DNA from: a virus
Length of the DNA stretch: 64,000 nucleotides
Direction: 5' to 3' (one strand)
Virus record (IMG/VR): IMGVR_UViG_3300035698_020047
Span: 18,081 to 82,080 of that record
This document shows, piece after piece, positions 1 through 10,238 of the stretch. Position numbers and translations under genes: made by a program. The notes below the pieces were generated by a model. The model was not told the origin of the DNA. It saw only the letters and a list, made by a program, of their open reading frames with translations, and searched no databases. Within the stretch, counting starts at the first letter, position 1. The number at the start of each line of letters is the position of its first letter.

Positions 1-2444
1 CCGACCCGATTGTGATACATGACGCAGGAATCGTAGGTGCCGCCGCCGGTGTGCTGACGGGCGCTTATACCGATGCGGAAGTGACTGATGAATCAGCGGG
101 TGCTGTCACCGCTACTGTCACATTTAGTAGCGAAGCTTACACCGGATGCTTGGACGAAGTGTTCACGCTTCTAATTACTGGTGATCCTGATCTTACTGGG
201 CCGATAGATGGCGCAACCTATACCATCGCCAATAGCGGTGGCGACATAATCACGACTGGCACTCTTGGGGACGGTGGCACAGGCCTTGATAATGAATCTG
301 GTGACATCACTCTGACTGGGCTTGGAATTACATTCTCGTTCACGGTTAGTGGTGAAGTTGGCGTAGGCGATACGATCATTTTCAACGCTGAACCCGACAA
401 TACGGTAATGACTGTTATTGTTGAGAATGGTGCTGCTGAAACGGTCACCATCGCTCAGGCCACTTACACCAGTGTGGCAGCATTCATTGCGGCTGTAAAT
501 CTTGGAGCTCCAACAGATTTTACTGCTGTTTCGTCGACTGACGCCAATGCGAATACTGTTCCCGCGATTCAGACTAATACTGCCGGTGAATGGATTCAGC
601 TTATTGGTACATGTGCGTGCACCGCTGAACTTGGAGTGTCGCAGTATATCTATGACATACCGCGAAGTTATCTGATCGGTACCGATGCCGGGCCATACAA
701 CTTCAGCACTGCAAACAACCGAGTGGTACTTGATGTCATCGCATCTGATGAGACGGTACAGTTCGATTTCGACATACCTGGGATAACTGGTACGACTGCT
801 GCTGCGGTGGCGGCATCTATCGACGCCAATGCGTTGTATCAAGGTACTACTTACTTCGATTCATTTGCACTCACGATTCCTGGTGGGACTGAGCATGTTG
901 TGATTATAACATCACAAGCACGGCAGTTCGATCAGCTCAAAATGCAGGCCACATTCACTTATCTGGCCTGCTTGCGACTTGCCGAAGAGCTTGGGATAGC
1001 ATTCCCTTACACTCTGGCTTACAGGTCGTTCACAGACTCACGCACCGCATTGCCGGACGCCAGCACTGTGAATTCTGGTTTCCCAGCAAGCTGCGACGGT
1101 GGGGCTAGCACCCAATGCACCGCCGACACTGACTACTACGCAGCTATTGTCGGTTTCTTTGTTGCAAAATATTCCGGTACGTGGATCGAAGATTACTCAC
1201 TCAGCCTTGAGATATACACTGAAGGTGTTGGTGATGTTGCAGGGCGTTGGAAGATCACAATCAACGATGCCAATGGCATTACCCACGATCTCGTACAAGA
1301 TATAAGCTTTGACCCGGACGATGACCGATACGTCGGCAGTGTCTTGAATCCAGGAACAACCATTGGCGGCGTCAATGGTAATGACTTCATCAATTGGGAA
1401 GACAGACCAGCCTGGCTTCGTCCCGATGACACCACTGAGCCTAGCCCAATCCTTAGTAGTGGGTGGGGCGAGGACGGTCCTCAGAATGGCATCCCAGCAG
1501 ACGCTGAAGATAGCTCTGCGTTGGACAATGAAGTCATTGGCAACCCGTCATTGTCGACTGGAATCTACGCATTCCAGAACCCCGAGACATTCGACTTCAA
1601 CCTGTTGTTGACTCCGGGATTCGCGAGCGGTCCAGTTATCGCGCAAGCCATCCAGTTCTGCGAGAACCGTGGCGATGTGCTTTACCTAGTTGACCCGCCT
1701 TATGGCCTTAGACCTCAGCAGGTCATTGACTGGCATAATGGTATGCTGACAAGTGACTTGGCATCTGCGCTTAACACTAGCTACGGTGCGTTGTACTGGA
1801 GCTGGTTGAAGATTAATGACCTATTTAATGGCGGGACGATTTGGATTCCGCCGTCTGGCTCTGTTGCGGCAGTTTTTGCTCGCACTGAGCGTGTTACAGA
1901 ACAGTGGTTTGCGCCTGCAGGCCTCAATCGAGGCCGTCTGCTTACCGCTATCGACATTGAGTACAATCCGACGCAGGGTGAACGTGATGCTTTGTATGGT
2001 AGCGGCAACGCTGTTAATGCTATCGTAGACTTCACTCAGCAGGGAATTACGGTTTGGGGTCAGAGGACGTTACAGCGTTCCTCGACAGCTCTGGACCGCG
2101 TGAATGTCCGAATGTTGATGATATTCTTGAAAAAGAATCTGACGCGGACACTTCGTTCGTTCGTTTTTGAGCAGAATGATGCGGTTACGAGAGCACAAGT
2201 CACCAGCACAATCCGCCCATTCCTGGGTGATATTGCGGCTAGACGTGGCTTAGAAGCTTACAATGTCGTTTGCGATGACACTAACAATACGCCAGAGCGT
2301 ATTGATCGCAATGAATTGTGGGTGAGTGTGTTCTTGAAGCCCACTAGAGTCGCCGAGTTTATCGTGCTGAATCTGGTAGTTCTGCGTACTGGCGCTAATT
2401 TCGGTGCACAAGAAGTACTAGCCGCTGGCGGTGTAGTAGTTTAA
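1..2444 (+). CDS. Contractile tail sheath protein (T4 gp18-like), 5'-truncated by window
   Basis: C-terminal sheath motifs WFAPAGLNRG, WGQRTLQ, DRVNVR, FVFEQND, VVCDDTNNTP, LKPTRVAEFI; frame is open upstream of the first start codon. Confidence 0.95.
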   Translation, partial: DPIVIHDAGIVGAAAGVLTGAYTDAEVTDESAGAVTATVTFSSEAYTGCLDEVFTLLITGDPDLTGPIDGATYTIANSGGDIITTGTLGDGGTGLDNESGDITLTGLGITFSFTVSGEVGVGDTIIFNAEPDNTVMTVIVENGAAETVTIAQATYTSVAAFIAAVNLGAPTDFTAVSSTDANANTVPAIQTNTAGEWIQLIGTCACTAELGVSQYIYDIPRSYLIGTDAGPYNFSTANNRVVLDVIASDETVQFDFDIPGITGTTAAAVAASIDANALYQGTTYFDSFALTIPGGTEHVVIITSQARQFDQLKMQATFTYLACLRLAEELGIAFPYTLAYRSFTDSRTALPDASTVNSGFPASCDGGASTQCTADTDYYAAIVGFFVAKYSGTWIEDYSLSLEIYTEGVGDVAGRWKITINDANGITHDLVQDISFDPDDDRYVGSVLNPGTTIGGVNGNDFINWEDRPAWLRPDDTTEPSPILSSGWGEDGPQNGIPADAEDSSALDNEVIGNPSLSTGIYAFQNPETFDFNLLLTPGFASGPVIAQAIQFCENRGDVLYLVDPPYGLRPQQVIDWHNGMLTSDLASALNTSYGALYWSWLKINDLFNGGTIWIPPSGSVAAVFARTERVTEQWFAPAGLNRGRLLTAIDIEYNPTQGERDALYGSGNAVNAIVDFTQQGITVWGQRTLQRSSTALDRVNVRMLMIFLKKNLTRTLRSFVFEQNDAVTRAQVTSTIRPFLGDIAARRGLEAYNVVCDDTNNTPERIDRNELWVSVFLKPTRVAEFIVLNLVVLRTGANFGAQEVLAAGGVVV

Positions 2445-2461
2445 ATAACAAGGAGCCATCC

Positions 2462-2998
2462 ATGCCAGGTTTTATGATTAATGGTGATCAAGGCGGTCAA
2501 CCTAATTCGGTTGCTGAAGTTAGACGTACACATAGGTGGGTTTTTAGAGCCATTGGTACGCTTCAAGGCCGAGAAGTATTTCTAGTACTTAAGTCGGCAT
2601 CCAGGCCTTCGATAACTTTCGAAGAGCCGCCAATGCACCACAACCAAGAGCAGGTTTACTTCGCCGGCAAACACACGTTTGAGCCTCTTGCTCTCGCTTG
2701 GTATGACGTCGAGCAGGAGCCGGATGTTTCGAAGGCTATGTGGGACTGGATGGAAGTTTGCATGCCGCTATCTAATGGCGAAGCAGCCAATGTGAATACT
2801 CCGAGAGCTTACAAAAGTGCCGAGGCCAACCTAGACATGATCGATGGTGTTGGCACTGCTACTGAGTCTTGGGGAATATATAATGGCTGGCCGCAGGCAA
2901 TTAACTGGAATGCATTAGACTATAGTGCCAGTGACTTGCAGCTCATCGAAGTAAAATATCGATATGACCGAGCTGTTAGGATAGATGTGGGTAGTTAG
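2462..2998 (+). CDS. Tail tube protein (T4 gp19-like)
   Basis: Follows sheath, SD AGGAG; YFAGK..F..L, WP..I....LDY..SD, YDRA pattern of tube proteins. Confidence 0.85.
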   Translation: MPGFMINGDQGGQPNSVAEVRRTHRWVFRAIGTLQGREVFLVLKSASRPSITFEEPPMHHNQEQVYFAGKHTFEPLALAWYDVEQEPDVSKAMWDWMEVCMPLSNGEAANVNTPRAYKSAEANLDMIDGVGTATESWGIYNGWPQAINWNALDYSASDLQLIEVKYRYDRAVRIDVGS

Positions 2999-3004
2999 GA
3001 TGAT

Positions 3005-3544
3005 ATGCCTGGTTTCAGCATTAATGGCAGCAGAGGCCCAGATCCCCATGTAGAGCCATACCGGGCTCATAGGTGGCATTTCTATTTTGCGAGCATACTC
3101 GACCTCACCGACGTCGAGTTGTACGCGATGACGTGTCAACGCCCTACTGTTGATTTCGATACGATAACAATTCACAATCAGCAGACTCGTATCAATATGC
3201 CCGGCAAGCACAAGTGGGCCCCCATAAGTGTGAAATTTTACGAAACGCAGCAGGGCGAGTATTCGTCTGCGCGTTCGATATTTGATTATTGGGCTGGCGG
3301 CAGCAATTCGGTGCTTAATTTTGAAACCAATACGCTAACCAGAGATTTTAGAACGGTTGTGAAGATAGCCCTCGAATCTGGTGCTGGAGTTGGTACGCAT
3401 GCATATGAATTATTTAACACGTGGCCATCTAAGGTAGCACCGTCAGAGCTAAGTTACTCCAGCAGCGATTTAACGACAGTGCAGGTGACACTAACATACG
3501 ATTCTGCTCGAGAAGATGTTGACTTGGCAGGTTTAGTGTCGTGA
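3005..3544 (+). CDS. Tail tube-like protein, paralog 2
   Basis: Starts MPGF like the preceding gene; RP, PGK..W, WPS...ELSY.SSD, LTYD. Confidence 0.75.
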   Translation: MPGFSINGSRGPDPHVEPYRAHRWHFYFASILDLTDVELYAMTCQRPTVDFDTITIHNQQTRINMPGKHKWAPISVKFYETQQGEYSSARSIFDYWAGGSNSVLNFETNTLTRDFRTVVKIALESGAGVGTHAYELFNTWPSKVAPSELSYSSSDLTTVQVTLTYDSAREDVDLAGLVS

Positions 3545-3551
3545 GGTAATT

Positions 3552-4058
3552 ATGCCTGGGTTTAAGATAGCAGAAAAACAGGCTGGTCAAAAGCAGTTGC
3601 CCAAGAATGTTGTGTATACTTATACATGGCATATGCCACAATTCGTGGGGATGGGTGTCGATGATTTGAATGTCCATCTTAAAGAAACAAGTCTGCCGAG
3701 TTATTCGTTTGACACTGAATCAATTAAAACTGGCCATACGACATATCAATTCGCAAAAGGCATCAAGTGGTCTGATGTAAAGTTATCATTTTATGATACT
3801 GATGATGTTGGGCAATTATTGAAGCTTAATGCGGGTGAAGTTTGGACTCCACAAACAGGGTTGAAGGTGGCTAGTGAGTATATGGCCGAAAGTAAGATTC
3901 AAGTTCAATACTCTGATGGTCAATTGGCATATACTTGGACTCTCGTAAATAGTTGGATCAAATCAGTTTCATTCTCGAAACTTACATATGAGTCGAGTGG
4001 GGTCAATAACGCCAACGTCACGTTGGCGTATTCTTGGGCTACTTTTGAAGCTGCCTAA
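3552..4058 (+). CDS. Tail tube-like protein, paralog 3 (tube initiator/terminator-like)
   Basis: MPGF start; LPSY.F, W..V.L.FYD, W.KSV.FS.L.Y, V.L.Y tube-fold pattern. Confidence 0.65.
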   Translation: MPGFKIAEKQAGQKQLPKNVVYTYTWHMPQFVGMGVDDLNVHLKETSLPSYSFDTESIKTGHTTYQFAKGIKWSDVKLSFYDTDDVGQLLKLNAGEVWTPQTGLKVASEYMAESKIQVQYSDGQLAYTWTLVNSWIKSVSFSKLTYESSGVNNANVTLAYSWATFEAA

Positions 4059-4111
4059 TATTCTACTTGGCGCATCAAAGAGTAAATAAAGCACGAACTT
4101 GGAGATATACT

Positions 4112-5137
4112 ATGCCTAATGAAATTCCTGAAGTACCCCAGGACCCACAAGAAGCCCCGCAAGAAGTCGAGATTGAGATTGGCGGTGAAACTAAAGCACC
4201 ATCACCGAAGGCGCTTGAACCAATGAAACACCCAGATCTATCTGGCACCGGGAAAGATTCGACTACTGCTGCAGACCTTCTAAATGAAATCATCACGATG
4301 AAGGAGGATGAATTTATACCTTGGGAGGAAGTTACTCTCCCGAGTAGGGGCCTGTATTACGGCGGCAGGTTGCCTGGCGGTGTTTGTCGCGTACGAGCGA
4401 TGGGTATTCATGCTGAGAAGATTTTGGCAACGCAGCGGCTTGCACAAACTGGACAATCAATAGATCACCTATTTAAACATTGTATCCAACTGACGGACGA
4501 AATGGATCCGTTAGACCTTTTGTCTGGCGATAGGGTGTTTTTGCTTTATGTGTTGCGTGGCCTTACGCATGGCAATAATTATGAATTCTCTATCAAGTGC
4601 CCACATTGTGAATTTACCAGCATACAGACATATGATTTAAATGAACTAGCTGGGACGCAGACATTCGGGGATGAGTCGCTTGGGGAAGAACCATTCAAAG
4701 TTTCGTTGCCGTATATGTCTGAAGTTCTTGACCGCGAAGTATGGGTGAAGATTAGATTTATGCGTGGCAAGGACGTATCTACACTGACCAATAAGCAAAA
4801 GTTTAAGAAGCGAATTAGTCATAGTAGCCAGGGTCGGCGACCTTCGCATAATGTCGTAATAGACGAGACTATTACCGAGAATTTGTCATTAATCATTGGT
4901 GGGTTTGGTGGTGAGGGTGTTGACGGTGAGGTCAATAATAAGGCTAAAATCACAGCACTCGTAGACCGAATGCATGCTAGGGACACCTCGGAGATTCGAG
5001 AATTTTTACGTAAGAATAGTCCTGGTATTGATACGACGATTCGAGTCGAATGCCCAGAATGCGGTGCCGACTACCAAACTGACCTGCCGATCACAGAAAG
5101 CTTTTTTCGTCCGACGAGCATTGGAGAATCCCGATGA
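4112..5137 (+). CDS. Baseplate hub assembly/tail chaperone (T4 gp26-like)
   Basis: SD GGAG before ATG 4112; LPSRG..Y, GDR.FLL..LR, two CPxC motifs, PGID, ends ..FF. Confidence 0.75.
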   Translation: MPNEIPEVPQDPQEAPQEVEIEIGGETKAPSPKALEPMKHPDLSGTGKDSTTAADLLNEIITMKEDEFIPWEEVTLPSRGLYYGGRLPGGVCRVRAMGIHAEKILATQRLAQTGQSIDHLFKHCIQLTDEMDPLDLLSGDRVFLLYVLRGLTHGNNYEFSIKCPHCEFTSIQTYDLNELAGTQTFGDESLGEEPFKVSLPYMSEVLDREVWVKIRFMRGKDVSTLTNKQKFKKRISHSSQGRRPSHNVVIDETITENLSLIIGGFGGEGVDGEVNNKAKITALVDRMHARDTSEIREFLRKNSPGIDTTIRVECPECGADYQTDLPITESFFRPTSIGESR

Positions 5138-5342
5138 GCTCGAAAATGAGTATGAGCATCTGCTAGAACAGATGTTTCAACTCAAGCAACACGGGAACCT
5201 ATCATTCTTTGAGATGGACGTACTGACCTCTGAAGATCGTTCGTGGTGGGCGAAGAGGCTGAAACGGTTCCAAGAAGAGCAGGAAAAAGCAAATAAAGGC
5301 GGGAATACTCCATCAATGCCATCAAGGCCGTCGGCCACATAA
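5120..5342 (+). CDS. Small tail/baseplate chaperone (gp51-like), possibly a frameshift extension of the upstream gene
   Basis: F.L..HG..S..E...L...DR.W....L...EE pattern; overlaps upstream ORF in the +1 frame with no good SD; start uncertain. Confidence 0.55.
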
Positions 5343-5354
5343 GTAGGTATAATG

Positions 5355-5362
5355 CAAATATA
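5355..5362 (+). promoter_or_regulatory. Candidate late promoter CAAATATA
   Basis: Same octamer in intergenic gaps at 31920, 34893, 36021, 53238, 55108. Confidence 0.55.
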
Positions 5363-5380
5363 CAGCAGTAAGGATGAATT

Positions 5381-6217
5381 ATGGCTACTTATAATCGTAT
5401 TTCAGCTAGGCGTGGGCAGGATGTAGCACTTGATGCCACATTCTTTTTCGGCGGTCAACGTGCAGATCCTTATGCAGTATATCGCATAGAGATTTTCAGA
5501 GGGAGCGTTTCTGCAGAAAACATTGTCGATGCGATTGATATCGCAGCCCCCGATTCTTCAGCATATCCATCACCCTTAGTGCGCCAGCCCGATATCCCGG
5601 AGCCTGGCACATTTTGTCCCGCTCCACCGGATTGCGACTCCACCTCTCCTGGCACAGCATCGGATGATGGGAGATTTAGATATATCTGGTCTGTACCAGA
5701 TGACGCAGTCGTGCCAGATGTTTATTTCGATGTTTGGTACTTCTTCTCAGTTGACCCTGGAGGCTCGAGCCTGGTTGACCAAGAAGACGAACTGCTTAAC
5801 CAATGCAATAGGTTCTGGGTCTATCCAGACAATTGGTATGTTGATGGCGGATTGCAGACGATTCGGCTTGGATTTGAGCCGCTCGACATCAAATTCCGGA
5901 AGCCTGAACGTCGCCCTCTCGAAACAGGAATAATGCCACTACCATTATACGATTATGACTATAATCTAGTGGCACCAATCATTCCGTTCTTGACCCCGAC
6001 TATCTCCATATGGACGTCGTCTGGGGAGCCTGTGGTGGCGAATGCGGCGTGTGACATGAAGCTCCGCCAAGGTTCATTCCGCAGTAACCCGTGGGTGATT
6101 AGCTATATGCTTGATACGTGCAATTTCTTTATGAGCACATATAGATATAGAGTTCAGGTAGCGTTACCTGACGGGACGACACGTGTAAGCGGTGACTTCT
6201 ACTTTACGGTATCATAA
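5381..6217 (+). CDS. Hypothetical virion-associated protein
   Basis: 278-aa beta-rich ORF in structural operon. Confidence 0.6.
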   Translation: MATYNRISARRGQDVALDATFFFGGQRADPYAVYRIEIFRGSVSAENIVDAIDIAAPDSSAYPSPLVRQPDIPEPGTFCPAPPDCDSTSPGTASDDGRFRYIWSVPDDAVVPDVYFDVWYFFSVDPGGSSLVDQEDELLNQCNRFWVYPDNWYVDGGLQTIRLGFEPLDIKFRKPERRPLETGIMPLPLYDYDYNLVAPIIPFLTPTISIWTSSGEPVVANAACDMKLRQGSFRSNPWVISYMLDTCNFFMSTYRYRVQVALPDGTTRVSGDFYFTVS

Positions 6218-6219
6218 TT

Positions 6220-7002
6220 ATGGGCATGACAAACACCTTAGAAACTGCGGTCATCAATCACATATTAAGGCAAAGTCCTTATACTCCTGCGACGACTACG
6301 TATGCTGGGATCATTAGCACGTTGTCCGATGACGGCACAACTTTCACTGAGTTCACTGCGGCGGACTACGCGCGTCAGCCGATTAGCAGCATCGAATTCG
6401 ATGCTGCCTCAAGTGGTGCCACATCCAATAATGTTGACATTGCGTGGCCAGCGGCCGCTGTTGATTGGGGGTCCGCCAGATACATAGGAATATTCGATGC
6501 TGCTTCGGCCGGCGGTCTACTGTGGTGGGGAGAGTTACCTGTCAGTAAATTTGTCGCTCGGAGCGCTATTTTCACCATTGAAGCTGGTGAGCTTGCCCTA
6601 TCGTGCACGGGTGCTTATAGTCTTGATTCTCGCAATGGAGTGTTGAATTTAACGCTTCGCAACGATACTCCAACATTCCCATCGTCTGCACAGATTTGGG
6701 TTGGAGTAGGTTCTACCCCAGGATCTCAGAATGCATCATTGACTGAACCAGTTTCTGGATATAGCAGGGTGTTGGCAACCACTATATCGCCAATCGCCGC
6801 TGGTGCTGTGACAATTACTGCTCCAGAAATAACCTTTGCGGCAGATGGCGGCGACTGGGGCTTGATGACGCACGTTGGTTTGTTTGATTTATCGACTGCG
6901 GGGACTTTACTGTTTGCGTTGCAGCTTTCACCATCGCGAGCCATATATGATGGCGACGGGATGGTCTTCGAAACCAGCACGATTACTGCTAGGATCACAT
7001 AA
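6220..7002 (+). CDS. Tail fibre/virion structural protein with an internally duplicated domain
   Basis: Two copies of Y.R..I...A.G.....I......DWG.....G.FD...AG.LL. Confidence 0.6.
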   Translation: MGMTNTLETAVINHILRQSPYTPATTTYAGIISTLSDDGTTFTEFTAADYARQPISSIEFDAASSGATSNNVDIAWPAAAVDWGSARYIGIFDAASAGGLLWWGELPVSKFVARSAIFTIEAGELALSCTGAYSLDSRNGVLNLTLRNDTPTFPSSAQIWVGVGSTPGSQNASLTEPVSGYSRVLATTISPIAAGAVTITAPEITFAADGGDWGLMTHVGLFDLSTAGTLLFALQLSPSRAIYDGDGMVFETSTITARIT

Positions 7003-7841
7003 TGATCAGTGGGCTGACATTATCACGCGTCCCACCTGGTAACATAAATGAGGGCAGTAATTGCGCTCTTACTGTTGCGTGGTCTAATGGTGCAATCACC
7101 GGACATATTGTGGTTGTAGACTGGGGCGATGGCACGGTTGATGGTTTCGACGTTTCGTCTTCGCCGCCGAGCTACAACGAGGTATACAACCACACATATG
7201 CCACTTGGGGTCAGTTTGATATTTTGGTTGATGTGAGTGCTGGTACTGATGTGGCTTTAGAGGGGATACCAGTAACAGTTGTAGCCGTGACGCCCGTGAT
7301 AACAGTTGCCACAGGTGCCTGCGATAACGATTCTGGGGCTACTGATATTAACTTTACCTTCGTAGATCCAGGCTTGGGTGGCTTCGATATTGTGGTGGAT
7401 TGGGGTGATGGATTATCAGACTTATGGTTCGTATCGGATGCGGGTTCGTATTCTCGCAGTCATACTTACGCATCGTTTCCATCGGGCTCATTGTCGCATA
7501 GGCGCCTCATTCAGTTGTTTGTGGCCGATCGCGACACTAATACTGGGGCGGCGGCGTTTTATCCAGCTATGACGTTTATTGATGAAGTCGATGACATTGG
7601 TATCGGTATTGTCGACGGCTATAGTATTATTGAGTATCACGATACAGTAGACAAAAGTGGCTTTGGTAATACATTTTTTAATGGCATTCCGTTTTATTCG
7701 TTCGATGCTGACGGAACAGGATCGGCTGCTGCGAGTGTGTCTTCTGTTTTAGATCACGTCTCAGTGTTGATCATAACAGATGTGGTAGAGTGTTCTCAAG
7801 TTGGCAATATACCCTTTGAGCAATTGGTTCCTCCAGAATGA
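7002..7841 (+). CDS. PKD/Ig-like domain virion protein
   Basis: Two VDWGDG...HTYA PKD signatures. Confidence 0.7.
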   Translation: MISGLTLSRVPPGNINEGSNCALTVAWSNGAITGHIVVVDWGDGTVDGFDVSSSPPSYNEVYNHTYATWGQFDILVDVSAGTDVALEGIPVTVVAVTPVITVATGACDNDSGATDINFTFVDPGLGGFDIVVDWGDGLSDLWFVSDAGSYSRSHTYASFPSGSLSHRRLIQLFVADRDTNTGAAAFYPAMTFIDEVDDIGIGIVDGYSIIEYHDTVDKSGFGNTFFNGIPFYSFDADGTGSAAASVSSVLDHVSVLIITDVVECSQVGNIPFEQLVPPE

Positions 7842-8833
7842 CTACAGTAGCACAAAATAGATGGATTGAATTGATTACGATCGAGCAGGGAGTCGAAATT
7901 GTTGGCTCCGATGTGGAGACCGTAGGTGGATGGAGATACTGTAGGGGCGACAGTTGCGTCACCGATGCGGACGGCGGGGCTTTAGTGCAGACATCAAGCG
8001 ATTATGCTTCCTCCATATATGGTTCTGCCAGCATCGAAAGGCCATCATTGCCAATAGGCTCACTTATCGGTATGTGGATTGGATCTGCACCGGATTTGTT
8101 TACATTGCAACTAGATGAGTTTTTTGAACTCGGTTTAGCGGAAGTATTTAACCTATCACTGCTCGATTCTGCTGGGGTTTTTGGTAGCACACCGTTTTTA
8201 ATTGGATCGTCGTACGCTGGATTGGTGCCAGTTAGTGCCTCTAGCCTTGTGTTGGCGTTTCATGATCAGCATCAATGGAACAATAACTACGGCAGCCAAA
8301 ATGTTGAAGTCGTCTTTGATGGCCTTGGCCCATCAAATCATGTTGTACATGCCACTCAATGTTTATACTTCAGATTCGCGGGTGAGGACCTACTAGGCCC
8401 AGAGCCATATTATGAGAATATCGGTCGCGACAATACACAAAACATATATCGCCCCTTAGAGGTTGATTCACCACATAATGCAGCTATTGTTAGCATAACA
8501 GCATCGAGCGATGTTGCACAAGTAGAAGTCGACAATACTTATTCATATCTAAAATTACAACGATACCTATTTGACCCAGTCGAATATGCTGGCTTGACGC
8601 CGCGTCAAATGTTATGGAAACGTGGGTATCAGGCTCAAGAATATAACTCCTTCTTATTGGAGGATGACACACTAAATAGCGTGTCACCAACCTACGATTG
8701 TATTGCGTGCGGCATTTTGGGAACTTCGTTTTGTTCTACTATCGTTTCGATCAAGACAGATGTAAGAGCTCCAATGACGCGAATTATGCAGCGCATCAAT
8801 AAGACGCAGATACTTCCGCAGCGTGTGTGTTGA
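7838..8833 (+). CDS. Hypothetical protein
   Basis: 331-aa ORF coupled to the upstream gene by ATGA overlap. Confidence 0.55.
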   Translation: MTTVAQNRWIELITIEQGVEIVGSDVETVGGWRYCRGDSCVTDADGGALVQTSSDYASSIYGSASIERPSLPIGSLIGMWIGSAPDLFTLQLDEFFELGLAEVFNLSLLDSAGVFGSTPFLIGSSYAGLVPVSASSLVLAFHDQHQWNNNYGSQNVEVVFDGLGPSNHVVHATQCLYFRFAGEDLLGPEPYYENIGRDNTQNIYRPLEVDSPHNAAIVSITASSDVAQVEVDNTYSYLKLQRYLFDPVEYAGLTPRQMLWKRGYQAQEYNSFLLEDDTLNSVSPTYDCIACGILGTSFCSTIVSIKTDVRAPMTRIMQRINKTQILPQRVC

Positions 8834-8854
8834 CTCTTGTAGTATTCTACACAT

Positions 8855-9880
8855 ATGGCAAATCAAACGTTTAAGCCGAAACAGCAACAAATCACTGCCT
8901 GGATTGAGGCGAATTTTGATTTTAAGCCGCGACGTGGCGGTGCCGAATATGTAATATGCAATCCATTCACTGACGATAGCACATATAATTTCAATATAAA
9001 CGTCGAGGAGGGGATCTGCCACGACTGGCACGGCGACGAGTGGGCACAAGGCCAGTCGCGAACTTTCTTGCGGTTTGTTCAACTCTACCGTCGTTGCTCT
9101 TTCGTTGATGCGTTTAAGGAAGTTTGCGGCAATGATGTCACAATCGACGCAATCTACGCGAAGCTGACTAAAGAGAAGATTGAGAAGGCGGAGGAGCGGA
9201 AGTATGATCTGGCGCTACCGCCGGGCTGCCACTTGCTTTGTGATCATGGGGACACTATAAGTGGTCGCATTTTAACAACGTGGCTAAAGAGCCGTGGGTT
9301 AACTGATGCGACTATCAAATCATACCAATTATATTCCCATTCGATGCATGTGGTGTGGCCATATTATGAATATGGTTCATTGGTGTATTGGCAAGAGCGG
9401 AGTCGTATGAATAAAGTCTTCCGGTTCCCCTCGGACGCCGTCGGAGTATCCAAGGGAATGTTTCTATATGGGTTTGATATGGTAGAACCCGGTGATTATG
9501 TCGTAGTGACAGAAGCGATCTTTGACAGCACCACGCTAGGGGCACAAGCTGTGGCTAGCGGAGGGGCCGTCTTGACCGATCTGCAAGTGCGTAGGCTAAG
9601 GGCATTGAACCCCGTAAATGGCGTCATACTGGCCCCAGACAATGATAGTGCTGGCATGAAGAGTGTTGCCTCTAATTACAGATTGTTGCGGCCCTATTTC
9701 AAGAAGATTTTCTATGCCGTTCCTCCCAAAACCGAATATAAGAAGGGGCGTTTTATCAAGGATTGGAATGAGCTCATTACTGATATGAAGATGACGCACG
9801 CCGACATACGAAAGCTATTTGAAAGCAGTATTAAACCGTTGAGCCAAGTAGAAGCTGTTAGATTTATGGTTAATAATTAG
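8855..9880 (+). CDS. DNA primase (DnaG-like, TOPRIM)
   Basis: N-terminal CNPF zinc-finger-like region, W.K.RGL, TEAIFD, DND.AG, KDWNE. Confidence 0.85.
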   Translation: MANQTFKPKQQQITAWIEANFDFKPRRGGAEYVICNPFTDDSTYNFNINVEEGICHDWHGDEWAQGQSRTFLRFVQLYRRCSFVDAFKEVCGNDVTIDAIYAKLTKEKIEKAEERKYDLALPPGCHLLCDHGDTISGRILTTWLKSRGLTDATIKSYQLYSHSMHVVWPYYEYGSLVYWQERSRMNKVFRFPSDAVGVSKGMFLYGFDMVEPGDYVVVTEAIFDSTTLGAQAVASGGAVLTDLQVRRLRALNPVNGVILAPDNDSAGMKSVASNYRLLRPYFKKIFYAVPPKTEYKKGRFIKDWNELITDMKMTHADIRKLFESSIKPLSQVEAVRFMVNN

Positions 9881-10155
9881 ATGTCGTATTCTTTGTCTAT
9901 AACCACATTGTCCAAGCTGATGGTCCTATAATGGCTCATCGCATTTGGGCACATTTCTTTTATGGCCGTTACCTGGTCTTTTATCCCGAGCTTACTTAAA
10001 TAAGCACTTCGCTTTTTGAGGATCGACTTATCACGGTCGTCCATGGCATCAGCATTTAAGCAGCATAATTTCCCATTATGATTGCCAAGGGCTAATACTA
10101 GCCGATGCTGCACTTCAGACCCCTTCTTGAAATATTTTATCCAATAAAGTTTCAT
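9877..10155 (-). CDS. Hypothetical protein
   Basis: SD GGAG before ATG 10155; 92 aa. Confidence 0.55.
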   Translation of the reverse strand: MKLYWIKYFKKGSEVQHRLVLALGNHNGKLCCLNADAMDDRDKSILKKRSAYLSKLGIKDQVTAIKEMCPNAMSHYRTISLDNVVIDKEYDI

Positions 10156-10238
10156 TGTCTCTCCATAGTTGTTTAGTATGGTATCGGACTGGTAGATATA
10201 TTTACCCCAAAAATAACTTATTAAACTTGGAGTATTGT

